DNA of 64,000 nt from Candidatus Aenigmatarchaeota archaeon (GTDB lineage Archaea > Aenigmatarchaeota > Aenigmatarchaeia > QMZP01 > QMZT01). The stretch spans positions 48,726-112,725 of the forward strand of contig WVZE01000036.1 of the NCBI GenBank assembly GCA_011772645.1, read 5' to 3'. Made by a program: the position numbers and the translations under genes. The notes under the pieces were generated by a model. The model was not told the DNA's origin. It worked only from the letters and a program-made list of their open reading frames with translations, and did not search any database. This document shows positions 7,762 to 16,665 of this stretch, in pieces. Position 1 is the first letter of the stretch; the number at the start of each line of letters is the position of its first letter.

Positions 7762-10700
7762 ATGAGAGTGTTAGTCTTGGCTCTCGTTGTTATTTTCATT
7801 GCATTATTTTTAGCTACATATCCGCAACCGAATTTAACAGGAATGGTTACAATTTCTGTCTTGCCTGATGGCTCAAATTCAAAAAATCTAACATTTACTA
7901 AGGCTGGGGATCAGATTGTTTACTTACTAATACCAAAAAATGCCAATGTTATAAACGCAAATTTGAATGTAAGTGGATTAATTGGATATGCTTTTTATGG
8001 TATTGAAAATGGCGGTTTTGAGACAGGAAATAGTTTGGGATGGATAAATAGTCGTGAAGATGGATGGAGTTCAAATAATGCACCAGAAGGTAGTTGCTAT
8101 AATACTTGGGGATATAAGGCAAGCACGGTCCAGAAACACTCTGGTAATTATTCATGGTGGATGTCTTTAAGTGGCCAAGCCAACACTGCTCTGTCTATAA
8201 AGAAAGATATAACAATCGATCAAATTAATACTCAATTGTCTTACTGGAGATATTTGTATATATATGGATGTTCATTGATTAATTTTTACGTATACCTTAA
8301 CCATCCTAATGGAGCACACATAGCTACATTAGAGCACTTTGATGGGTATACGGGTCTAGTTAATTGGACTAGAAAAACTTATAATATAAAAGACTACACC
8401 AATAAAGACAAAGTCCAAATCGAATTTAAAATATCTTCTGGTAACTGTATCTCTATAGGTTGTCATCAAGTATACATAGACGATGTTGAGATTGGTGGTG
8501 CTGAGGTATATCCGATCAATCCAACTCTTGATATTGGCAACGATGGGGATACTCAATGGTTTCATTCTGGTGAATTTGACACGAGAGAAAAGACACCAAG
8601 CCTTTCAACAGAAATTAACGAATATTTGAGTACATGTGTCCCAGATGCAAACAGAGAATGCTTGGTTCCGTTAGTTTTTCGATCAGAGTCAGCAGGGACA
8701 ATTGAAATTTCTGATATTAATATAACTTACAATCTTGAGGAATGCTCTGACTGGACTCCTTATAATCAATGCTCAGCAACAAAACCAAAATACTGCTCAA
8801 ACGGGACTTTGGTTGATAAATGTTATCTTTGTGATTGTCCTGCCGGCAAAGTGTGCCGTGGTGATGGAACCTGTGTTATTAGCTATTATTTTTGCCAAAA
8901 TGGGGATGTTTATAAAAACTATACAAACTATACTTGCATTAATTCTCAATGCCAAAACATCACCACATCAATTCTTATAGATGATTGTAGCGAGGCAGAT
9001 GAAACTTATTGCAAAGAAGGTATAAGCAGTTGTGTTAGGGACTTGATATTTACTGAAGCTGGAAATCAGATTATCTATATTGATATTCCAAAAAAATCTA
9101 TCGTGAATAATGCAACTTTGAATTTAAGTGGATTGACTATCCCTAGTGAAATTAGTTATTTATGTAATGGGATGGATTGTAAGGCATATTCTGGTAAATA
9201 TCTCCGTACAACGAGTGATTATGGTTGCGGTGATCCAGATGATATTAATTTCACAAATGGTAATGAAATATCTGATTACAACAAAATACAAAGTAATGAT
9301 GGTATTTATGAAACATCTGGACCTATCGTAAGAACACACAATTACGCTTTCACAAAATTTATTTATACACTTGAATATGATACAAGCAGAATTAATAATA
9401 TAACTGTTTATTTTGATGGAGGTGGAGATGCTTCTTGTAGCGGAAGTCATCTATACATTTATAATTTTCCATCAAACACTTACACAAGATATAGAACTAC
9501 AGATAGTTGGTTCGAAACTTATACCAAAGTTTTTGATGATTTATCTCCCATAGTAAATAATTCAAGGAATCTTATTGTAGTTGCAAGGTCTCGTGCGACA
9601 GGACATTACGGTGTAAATTGTGCAGCTTCCAGTCCACCAGGATCGGGTTGTGGAATATCAACAGATATAATTAACGTAACAATAAAGTTAAAAACACTGG
9701 ATACAAATCCTACAAATCCGTTTCTTGAGGTAGGAACACCGGACGGAATTTATGAATGGAGTTATTTAGGAAAATTTTTCACATTGGAAACAACTCCAGA
9801 CTTCTCAGCAGAACTTAACGAACATCTAAGTACCTGCATACCGGATACCGAATTTAATTGCACTATTCCTTTGGTTTTTCATTCAGATTCAATAGGGAGA
9901 ATTGAAATTTTTAACATGAATGTTATGTATGAATATGCCGAGTGTCTTGCTGATTCAGATTGTGATGATGAAAACCTCTGTACAACTGATATTTGTTCTG
10001 AATCCTCCAGAACTTGTTCTAACGAACCAGTAATTCCATGTTGTGGGGATGGTTTATGCGAGTCGAATGAAACGTATTCAAATTGTTGTTTGGATTGTTC
10101 ATGCCCAACTGGATATATATGCCAAAACAATAACTGTATTTCTGAAAGGACTGAAGAGCCAGGAGACGGCTCAGGTACGATAACACCGCCGGGAACTGAA
10201 CCTGAAAAACCATCAATAAACATAACTAAGAAAATTAATGAGATAGTTCCTGGTGAAATGGCAAACATAACAGTGGAAAATAATGAGACGGGTGTCAAGG
10301 AGATATACATAGAGGTAAAAAATCCTGTTAAAGAAATAGATGTAAATATTGTGAAATTCCCACAAAAGCCTGCCCAAGTATTTCATGAAGTTGCAGAAAA
10401 TGTATATGAATACCTTGAATTGAGCATGACCAACGTGACTGATGAAAATATTGAAAAAGCAACAGTGGGTTTCAGGGTGAACAAGACTTGGATTGCGAAG
10501 AACAATATCAACAAAACAACTGTTAAGCTGAATAGGTATTTCAACGGGACTTGGTACGAAATGCCCACTATTCCGAGTGGGGAAAGCCCTGAATTCGTTT
10601 ATTATGAGTCGGATGTCCCTGGATTCTCTATATTCGCGATAACTGGGGAGGAAATAGAAGAACCGAAGATGTGCGTTCCGAACGAAAAGAGATGTTCTGA

Positions 10701-10908
10701 TAATAATCTTGAGCAGTGTGTTACAGATGGAACCGAATTGTCAATTCTGGAGACTTGTGAATATGGATGTAATGATGAGACCCTTTTATGCAACCAGCCA
10801 CCAGTTATTGAAACAGTTATGCTGTATTTCTTCATTTCATCTATTGTGATAGCTGTTATGGTTCTTTATTTAGTCATTAAGAGAAAGCGAGAATTTCTGT
10901 GGAAGTAA
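7762..10908 (+). CDS. Large surface protein with duplicated scaffold domain, Cys-rich segments and PGF-pre-PGF domain
   Basis: Signal peptide; two homologous domains; VYEYLE..FRVNKTWI..LNRY..W..PT..YESDVPGFSIFAITG; C-terminal TM plus basic tail. Confidence 0.85.
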   Translation: MRVLVLALVVIFIALFLATYPQPNLTGMVTISVLPDGSNSKNLTFTKAGDQIVYLLIPKNANVINANLNVSGLIGYAFYGIENGGFETGNSLGWINSREDGWSSNNAPEGSCYNTWGYKASTVQKHSGNYSWWMSLSGQANTALSIKKDITIDQINTQLSYWRYLYIYGCSLINFYVYLNHPNGAHIATLEHFDGYTGLVNWTRKTYNIKDYTNKDKVQIEFKISSGNCISIGCHQVYIDDVEIGGAEVYPINPTLDIGNDGDTQWFHSGEFDTREKTPSLSTEINEYLSTCVPDANRECLVPLVFRSESAGTIEISDINITYNLEECSDWTPYNQCSATKPKYCSNGTLVDKCYLCDCPAGKVCRGDGTCVISYYFCQNGDVYKNYTNYTCINSQCQNITTSILIDDCSEADETYCKEGISSCVRDLIFTEAGNQIIYIDIPKKSIVNNATLNLSGLTIPSEISYLCNGMDCKAYSGKYLRTTSDYGCGDPDDINFTNGNEISDYNKIQSNDGIYETSGPIVRTHNYAFTKFIYTLEYDTSRINNITVYFDGGGDASCSGSHLYIYNFPSNTYTRYRTTDSWFETYTKVFDDLSPIVNNSRNLIVVARSRATGHYGVNCAASSPPGSGCGISTDIINVTIKLKTLDTNPTNPFLEVGTPDGIYEWSYLGKFFTLETTPDFSAELNEHLSTCIPDTEFNCTIPLVFHSDSIGRIEIFNMNVMYEYAECLADSDCDDENLCTTDICSESSRTCSNEPVIPCCGDGLCESNETYSNCCLDCSCPTGYICQNNNCISERTEEPGDGSGTITPPGTEPEKPSINITKKINEIVPGEMANITVENNETGVKEIYIEVKNPVKEIDVNIVKFPQKPAQVFHEVAENVYEYLELSMTNVTDENIEKATVGFRVNKTWIAKNNINKTTVKLNRYFNGTWYEMPTIPSGESPEFVYYESDVPGFSIFAITGEEIEEPKMCVPNEKRCSDNNLEQCVTDGTELSILETCEYGCNDETLLCNQPPVIETVMLYFFISSIVIAVMVLYLVIKRKREFLWK

Positions 10909-11020
10909 GTACACAACTACATAATGAGCTTCTAATAGTTTGAAAGGAAAAATTAATTATGGAATTGAATTTTATATGGGGGAAATTGGTTTTTATAGTT
11001 ATAAGTTTAAATTAAACTTT

Positions 11021-11479
11021 ATGAAGCAGCAGCAGAAGCAGGTGTTGATGGCGGTATTCATTGCCTTCATAATGATCGCTTCCGCGATCGGGTTCGCCCT
11101 CCTTCAGGGCGTTCCGAAGGATTTGGGTCCAGACACTCCAACATTCCCGAACGTGGTGGAGAGGGTTCTTGATCCGGAGGAGAAGCTCGCCATCCTGAGG
11201 GGAGGGAAGAGCCTGATAGAGTTTCTTTATCCCTCCAACTGCACATATTGCTTTGAGAGGAGAATCATGTACGAGAACTTCGCGAAATCCCAGGAATTCA
11301 AGGACTACGTTGTTCTCGAGACGAGCGTGGAGGAGAACGTGACAGCGGACTGGATCGTGATTGCATACACAGGGGATCAGACAGACCTTTCGGACGTTAA
11401 CACAACGGATGATCTCATGGAGATATTCTGCGATTCGAGCGTGGTCAAACCGAACATATGCGTGCTGCAAGAGATTTAA
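11021..11479 (+). CDS. Membrane-anchored hypothetical protein, possibly thioredoxin-like (CxxC)
   Basis: N-terminal TM; FLYPSNCTYC; ATG at 11021 preferred to the upstream TTG. Confidence 0.7.
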   Translation: MKQQQKQVLMAVFIAFIMIASAIGFALLQGVPKDLGPDTPTFPNVVERVLDPEEKLAILRGGKSLIEFLYPSNCTYCFERRIMYENFAKSQEFKDYVVLETSVEENVTADWIVIAYTGDQTDLSDVNTTDDLMEIFCDSSVVKPNICVLQEI

Positions 11480-11578
11480 ATTCAAATTTATAAATATAAC
11501 CTGACAAAACCTATTATATCGATTGACGACTTGAATCGAAAGCGTAGGTCGTCCTTCGAAACTACCCATTGTGATCGC

Positions 11579-12154
11579 ATGTACAAGATTTTGGAGATAA
11601 GAGACAGGATAAGGGTTTCACCGGACAAGTTCAGTCTGAACCTCGAGGATGCGGTGAAGACCAGCCTGGAGGAGAAACTGGAGGGATCGATAGACAAAAA
11701 TGTAGGCGTTATTCTATCCGTCCTATCGATAGAGAAGATAGGGGAAGGGGTGATACTTGCAGGGGACGGAGCGCTGTATTACCCTGTTGAGTTCAAGATC
11801 CTTGCATACCTTCCGGAGCAGCACGAACTCGTGAAGGGGGATGTGATAGACGTGACGGAGTTCGGGGTGTTCGTGAGGATGGGACCGGTGGACGGGATGG
11901 TTCACGTTTCGCAGTTGATGGACGATTTCGTTTCGTATGATTCGAAAAACCTCATGTTCACCGGGAAGAAAACGAAAAGGAGGGTGAAGGAGAAATCGCA
12001 GGTTATGGCGAGGGTTATTTCTGTGAGCATGATCGAGAGCCAATACAAAATCGGATTGACCACGAGACAGCCCGGACTGGGGGCGCTGGAGTGGTATAAG
12101 AAGGAGGAGAAAAGGATCGAGAAGAAGAAGGTACATCCGAAAAAGAAAAAATAA
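11579..12154 (+). CDS. rpoE1: DNA-directed RNA polymerase subunit E' (Rpo7)
   Basis: MYKILEIRDRIRVSP, GDGA, S1 domain FGVFVRMGPVDGMVHVSQLMDD, IGLTTRQPGLG. Confidence 0.96.
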   Translation: MYKILEIRDRIRVSPDKFSLNLEDAVKTSLEEKLEGSIDKNVGVILSVLSIEKIGEGVILAGDGALYYPVEFKILAYLPEQHELVKGDVIDVTEFGVFVRMGPVDGMVHVSQLMDDFVSYDSKNLMFTGKKTKRRVKEKSQVMARVISVSMIESQYKIGLTTRQPGLGALEWYKKEEKRIEKKKVHPKKKK

Positions 12155-12164
12155 GGTGGATTTT

Positions 12165-12356
12165 ATGGTTGAAAGGGAAAAGGTATGCAAGCACTGCAAG
12201 AGGTTCGTTATCGGGGATAAGTGCCCTGCGTGTAACACGAAGGATTTCACCAGGACGTGGAAGGGCATGATTATCGTGAATGATCCCGAGAATTCAGAGG
12301 TGGCGAAAATTCTGGGCATAGCGGCTCCTGGTAAATACGCCCTGTGGGTGAAGTAG
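12165..12356 (+). CDS. spt4: Transcription elongation factor Spt4 (RpoE'')
   Basis: CKHC..CPAC, WKGMIIVNDPENSEVAK, PGKYALWV. Confidence 0.95.
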   Translation: MVEREKVCKHCKRFVIGDKCPACNTKDFTRTWKGMIIVNDPENSEVAKILGIAAPGKYALWVK

Positions 12357-12364
12357 GTGTTAAG

Positions 12365-12787
12365 ATGGTAGTAAAGGTTATCGAGGAGAAAAAGAACCCC
12401 CTTCTGAAAAGGGAGGAGGTTTACTGCATTTTTGAACACCCGGACAAAGCGACGCCTTCCAGGAAAGAGATGCTGCCTTCCCTGGAAAAAATCCTTAAGG
12501 CCAAAAAGGATCTGATAATAATAGACAAGATATTCTCTGTCAAGGGCAGGGGGGAATCGAAAGTCCACGTGTTCGCGTACAAGAAAAAGGAGGACATACC
12601 GAAGGAGAAACTGGAAAAAATGCAGAGGAGAATGGAAAAGAAAGAGGCGAAGGGAAAGACGATCGAGGAGGCGAAGCCGGAGGTGGCAAAGGAAGAGGCC
12701 GGAAAGGAACCGGAGGAAAAACCAGAAGAAAAGGGTGAAAAGGAAGAGGAACCCGAGAAAGAGGAGAAGCCTGAAGGTAAGGGATAG
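12365..12787 (+). CDS. rps24e: 30S ribosomal protein S24e with acidic C-terminal tail
   Basis: [16 protein letters not shown]; position after spt4. Confidence 0.93.
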   Translation: MVVKVIEEKKNPLLKREEVYCIFEHPDKATPSRKEMLPSLEKILKAKKDLIIIDKIFSVKGRGESKVHVFAYKKKEDIPKEKLEKMQRRMEKKEAKGKTIEEAKPEVAKEEAGKEPEEKPEEKGEKEEEPEKEEKPEGKG

Positions 12788-12789
12788 TT

Positions 12790-13143
12790 ATGGCAAAGAA
12801 AGAAAAGAAGACAAGAAAGAGGGGCAAGAAAGAGAGAAAGGGAAGAAAACACGAGTCCATAGAGGTAAAGAAATACTACGAGATCAAGGGCGATAACCTG
12901 GAAAGGAACAGGAATTTCTGTCCAAGGTGCGGATCTGGCACTTGGCTCTCGAAACACAAGGGGAGATCCTACTGCGGAAAGTGCGGGTACACGAGCTTCG
13001 GAGGGAAAAAACCACCTGAAGAGACCAGGCCTGAGGAGAAAACCACGGAAGAGGTTAAAGAGGAAAACCCTATTGAGGAAGAGAGGGCGAAGCCTGAGGA
13101 AGAAACAAGGGAAGAGAACAAGAAAGAGGAAGCCAAAGAGTAA
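12790..13143 (+). CDS. rps27ae: 30S ribosomal protein S27ae with basic N-terminal and acidic C-terminal extensions
   Basis: [25 protein letters not shown]. Confidence 0.95.
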   Translation: MAKKEKKTRKRGKKERKGRKHESIEVKKYYEIKGDNLERNRNFCPRCGSGTWLSKHKGRSYCGKCGYTSFGGKKPPEETRPEEKTTEEVKEENPIEEERAKPEEETREENKKEEAKE

Positions 13144-13186
13144 TTTTCTACTTATTAATTCTTTTTTGAAAAGTATTATAACAGCC

Positions 13187-13336
13187 GGGCCTGTAGCTTA
13201 GTAGGATGTCAAATGACGCAGGTTTTACCTGCGTCCACCTGCAGTAGAGCGTCAGATTGCGGATCTGGAGGTCGCGGGTTCAAAGAGCGTCTGAAGCAGG
13301 TTTCACCTGCTTCGTTCGAAATTCCCGCCAGGCCCA
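13187..13336 (+). tRNA. tRNA-Arg(GCG) with two 38-nt non-canonical introns (13207-13244 in D-loop; 13285-13322 in T-loop)
   Basis: Removing both inserts gives a cloverleaf: GGGCCTG/CAGGCCC acceptor, TCAGA-TTGCGGA-TCTGG anticodon arm, GCGGG-TTCAAAT-CCCGC T-arm; both junctions fit relaxed BHB motifs. Confidence 0.9.
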
Positions 13337-13380
13337 TAGATTTAAATTTAAAAAACAATCAAATAGTTATTAACCGCAAC

Positions 13381-13515
13381 GGGGCTGTGAGGTAGTCTGG
13401 CTATCCTGGCGGGCTCCAGTCTTTCGAAAGAGTGGAGCGATGAGGGTCTTATGAGGATTAAGATCCTGTGATGAAGAGAGACCCGTATACCTGGGTTCGA
13501 ATCCCAGCAGCCCCA
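13381..13515 (+). tRNA. tRNA-Trp(CCA) with 61-nt canonical (37/38) intron 13420-13480
   Basis: GGGGCTG/CAGCCCC acceptor, CCA anticodon at 13416-13418, CTGGG-TTCGAAT-CCCAG T-arm, BHB-like junction. Confidence 0.92.
13420..13480 (+). ncRNA. Intron-encoded box C/D guide RNA for tRNA-Trp positions 34 and 39
   Basis: Guides TGGAGC and GGGTCT are antisense to the anticodon arm, each followed by N-ATGA; the D+5 rule points to C34 and C39; GTGATGA C box at 13468-13474. Confidence 0.75.
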
Positions 13516-13550
13516 CTTATTTTTTATTCCAGCCAGGACAAAGAATTAAT

Positions 13551-13955
13551 ATGAGGGCTCAAACCGCCTTTGAATATATGGTCATAGCAATGATAATTCT
13601 TGGTTTCCTCGTGCCCATATGGCTGTACGTATCACAGGTCCAGAACGAGAGCGCGGAAACCCTGGCGCTGACCTATGCGAAGAACGCGGTCAAGAAGATA
13701 GCGGAGAACGCGGATCTTGTCTACTCCCAGAGATTGGGGGCGAAGGTGAAGGTCGGTGTTTACATCCCGAACGGCGTTGAGGAAATAAACATAACCGGGA
13801 AGACCGTGATAATGAAGGTTTATTCTTCCTCAGGAGTGGTTGATATTTTTGAGACATCTGCGGCGAATTTGAACGGGAGCCTGCCGACAACCTCAGGCTT
13901 CCACTGGATCCTGATAGAGGCAAAGGGAGACTACGTCCAGATAGATATGTCGTGA
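13551..13955 (+). CDS. Class III signal peptide (type IV pilin-like) protein
   Basis: MRAQTAFEY followed by a hydrophobic helix. Confidence 0.85.
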   Translation: MRAQTAFEYMVIAMIILGFLVPIWLYVSQVQNESAETLALTYAKNAVKKIAENADLVYSQRLGAKVKVGVYIPNGVEEINITGKTVIMKVYSSSGVVDIFETSAANLNGSLPTTSGFHWILIEAKGDYVQIDMS

Positions 13956-13958
13956 GTT

Positions 13959-14342
13959 ATGAAAGCTCAAACGGGTGTGGAGTTCATGATACTTTTCGGG
14001 ATTTTCCTAGCTGCAATAATAATAATGGTGTTCGTGGTCTGGGGGTACGTATTGGATATAAACGTCTCGACAACCGATCTCCATGCGAATTCGCTGTTGG
14101 ACAGGGTATCGGGCAAGCTGGATACCGTATTTCTCGAGGGTCACGGGTTCTCAGTCAACTTCACGCTGCCCGAAACGCTTTCGGGCATCAATTATTCATT
14201 GGACATAAAGAACGGTTTCGTGTTTCTGAACATTAGTGAAAGGGTTTACACCAAAAGGCTCATAACGAGAAACGTGACCGGGGATCTCGAGGTCGGCAAA
14301 AACATCATTGAAAACGTCAACGGCGTGGTGGTGATATCATGA
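13959..14342 (+). CDS. Class III signal peptide (type IV pilin-like) protein
   Basis: MKAQTGVEF followed by a hydrophobic helix. Confidence 0.85.
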   Translation: MKAQTGVEFMILFGIFLAAIIIMVFVVWGYVLDINVSTTDLHANSLLDRVSGKLDTVFLEGHGFSVNFTLPETLSGINYSLDIKNGFVFLNISERVYTKRLITRNVTGDLEVGKNIIENVNGVVVIS

Positions 14343-14815
14343 AAAAAGGTCAGGTTTGGTCGCTGGATTTCGTAACATCGCTAGTCATATTCACCCTTGT
14401 TCTCATTCCTTTGCTGTTCGTCTGGAACTATGTGAACATACAGAACATGGAGCAGAGGACATTCGATGAGATAGAGACGTTGGCGCTGTCGATCTCGGAT
14501 TCCCTGATACGGACGAAGGGCGTACCCGAAAACTGGAATTCAAGCAACGTGAACGTGATAGGCCTGGCAGAGGGGGAGAACGTTCTGAGCATCCCGAAAG
14601 TCTCGGAATTCCTCTACATGGGGAACAATGAATACGACCTCACGAAAAACATACTCGTGGGCAGATACGATTTCTTTTTCAGCATAACCGACCTGAACGG
14701 GACGGTATACGGGACGGCAGGGAGCAAACCGGCTGACAGAACGATCGTCCCTGTTGAGAGGTATTGTTTGTATAACAACAGGGTCGTTAAGATAGAATTG
14801 GCTCTGATAGGCTAG
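14339..14815 (+). CDS. Class III signal peptide (pilin-like) protein
   Basis: MKKGQVWSLDF plus TM; SDSLIRTKGVPENW..IGLA. Confidence 0.85.
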   Translation: MKKGQVWSLDFVTSLVIFTLVLIPLLFVWNYVNIQNMEQRTFDEIETLALSISDSLIRTKGVPENWNSSNVNVIGLAEGENVLSIPKVSEFLYMGNNEYDLTKNILVGRYDFFFSITDLNGTVYGTAGSKPADRTIVPVERYCLYNNRVVKIELALIG

Positions 14816-15084
14816 AGATCGACCTCGAACCATTTGTATTTTATCCTTATTTTATAGCCCATCTTTCTCAGTCTTTTTATTACCTGCACGTCCTTCTCTC
14901 CCTTCCTGGAGAGAAACTCCTCTATTCCCAGCTCCAGAGCGATTATAGGGTGGATTATATTGACTATTATGTCCTTATCTACCAGCTCGATCTCGGCGGC
15001 AGGTGACTTCCCAAGGTATACCATAAAATGAACCCTGCCGACAATGCTCCTAAAAATTTCTCCCAGAATGTTCATAAGGATCAA
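14812..15084 (-). CDS. Hypothetical protein
   Basis: About 90-aa ORF in tandem with the upstream ORF; start uncertain. Confidence 0.6.
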   Translation of the reverse strand: MILMNILGEIFRSIVGRVHFMVYLGKSPAAEIELVDKDIIVNIIHPIIALELGIEEFLSRKGEKDVQVIKRLRKMGYKIRIKYKWFEVDL

Positions 15085-15087
15085 GAA

Positions 15088-15285
15088 TTATTTTTTCTTA
15101 ACGAAAGGCACTATCGTGAACTCCACGTTGCCGTTCACCTTTACCTGCGAGTTCCCTATGTTGAACTCTACTCCGTCAAGGTTTACCTTTGTCTTAGTTT
15201 CCTTTCCTTCAAGTATCTGAAGTATCTTAAGGAAAAGCTCTTCCTTGTTTTTGACTATCTCCTCGAAAACGCCCATACACACCAC
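15088..15285 (-). CDS. Small hypothetical protein
   Basis: 65-aa ORF with host-like composition. Confidence 0.6.
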   Translation of the reverse strand: MVCMGVFEEIVKNKEELFLKILQILEGKETKTKVNLDGVEFNIGNSQVKVNGNVEFTIVPFVKKK

Positions 15286-15360
15286 CTTAGATCAGATTAT
15301 ATAATATTTGTCTTTTATTTTAAATAACTTATTAACGTATTCCCCACTAATTCTTAATAT

Positions 15361-16662
15361 ATGGTGGAGAAGATAATCGTGGGGAAGGGGTGGAAGGATC
15401 TCAAAAAATACGGACCTAGAGGAACCGCTTACATAGGGAAGCACATCGTCGGGAAGGGAGAGGAATCCCACTTGACGAACCCCATCCACATGGACGTCAC
15501 GAGACCTCACGTCGTTCTTGTGTGCGGGAAAAGGGGGACGGGAAAATCCTACACCGCAGGGGTGGTTGCGGAGGAGATATACCGGCTTCCGAAGGACATC
15601 AGAAAGAACATATGCGTTCTCATGATAGACACCATGGGAATCTACTGGTCCATGAAGCTCCCGAATGAAAGGGATGCGGACCTCCTGAAGGAATGGGGGG
15701 TAAAACCCGAGGGGATAAAAACGAACCTCTTCGTCCCGAAAGGGTATTTTGATGAATACAAGAAGGCAGGAATAACAGTGGATTTCCCCTTCACGGTTTC
15801 CGTTTCCGAGCTGACCTCTGAGGACTGGGCGATAACCTTCGGGTTCTCCATGATAGATGAGTATGGGATCCTGATAGAGCAGGTTATGGAGAGGCTGGAG
15901 GAAAGGGAAGGAAATTATTCGATAGAGGATATAATAGGGGAGATAGAAAAGGACGAGAGATCGGGAAAGAAGGTCAAGGAAGCGCTCATAAACAGGTTTT
16001 TAGCCGCTAAGGAATGGGGGATATTTGAGAAGAAGGGGACGAAAACCGAGGATCTCCTGAAATCCGGGACGATTTCGATCCTAGACGTTTCTCATTACAT
16101 GCGAGTTTCGGAATCGTGGTCGATTCGCGCGATGGTTGTCGGATTACTCAGCAGGAAGATATTCAAGGAGAGGCTGGCGGCAAGGAAGGTCGAGGAATAC
16201 GGGAAGGTCACGGGCCAGGCCAGGAAAACTATCCCCATGATATGGATCATGATCGATGAGGCTCACCAGTTCATCCCCGAGAAGGGATCGACAGCCGCCT
16301 CCGGTCCTCTTTTAACGCTTGTCAAGGAGGGGAGGGAACCGGGGATTTCGATGCTCATGATAACCCAGCAACCGAACAAGCTCCGCGGGGACGCGCTGTC
16401 GCAGGCGGATCTCATAATCTCCCACAGGCTGACATCCAAAGCGGACATAGAAGCCCTTCGCTCGATCATGCAGACCTACATGCTCGAGGACATACAGGAT
16501 TACCTGAACGAGCTCCCCAAGACCAAGGGATCAGCGATAGTCCTTGATGATAACCTCGAAAGAATTTACGAAATTCAGGTTCGTCCGCGATTTTCCTGGC
16601 ACGCCGGAGGCTCGCCCATAATATTGAAAGAGAGGAGCCTGCTTGAGGGAATGGAAACCTGA
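15361..16662 (+). CDS. HerA/FtsK-superfamily ATPase (DUF87-like)
   Basis: Walker A GKRGTGKS, Walker B IMIDEAH, EGREPG, ITQQP. Confidence 0.9.
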   Translation: MVEKIIVGKGWKDLKKYGPRGTAYIGKHIVGKGEESHLTNPIHMDVTRPHVVLVCGKRGTGKSYTAGVVAEEIYRLPKDIRKNICVLMIDTMGIYWSMKLPNERDADLLKEWGVKPEGIKTNLFVPKGYFDEYKKAGITVDFPFTVSVSELTSEDWAITFGFSMIDEYGILIEQVMERLEEREGNYSIEDIIGEIEKDERSGKKVKEALINRFLAAKEWGIFEKKGTKTEDLLKSGTISILDVSHYMRVSESWSIRAMVVGLLSRKIFKERLAARKVEEYGKVTGQARKTIPMIWIMIDEAHQFIPEKGSTAASGPLLTLVKEGREPGISMLMITQQPNKLRGDALSQADLIISHRLTSKADIEALRSIMQTYMLEDIQDYLNELPKTKGSAIVLDDNLERIYEIQVRPRFSWHAGGSPIILKERSLLEGMET

Positions 16663-16665
16663 AAT

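Noticed and set aside
13213-13395. 60-aa ORF in the ORF track
   Set aside because: It overlaps the intron-containing tRNA-Arg and has no protein motif, unlike the AbrB case.
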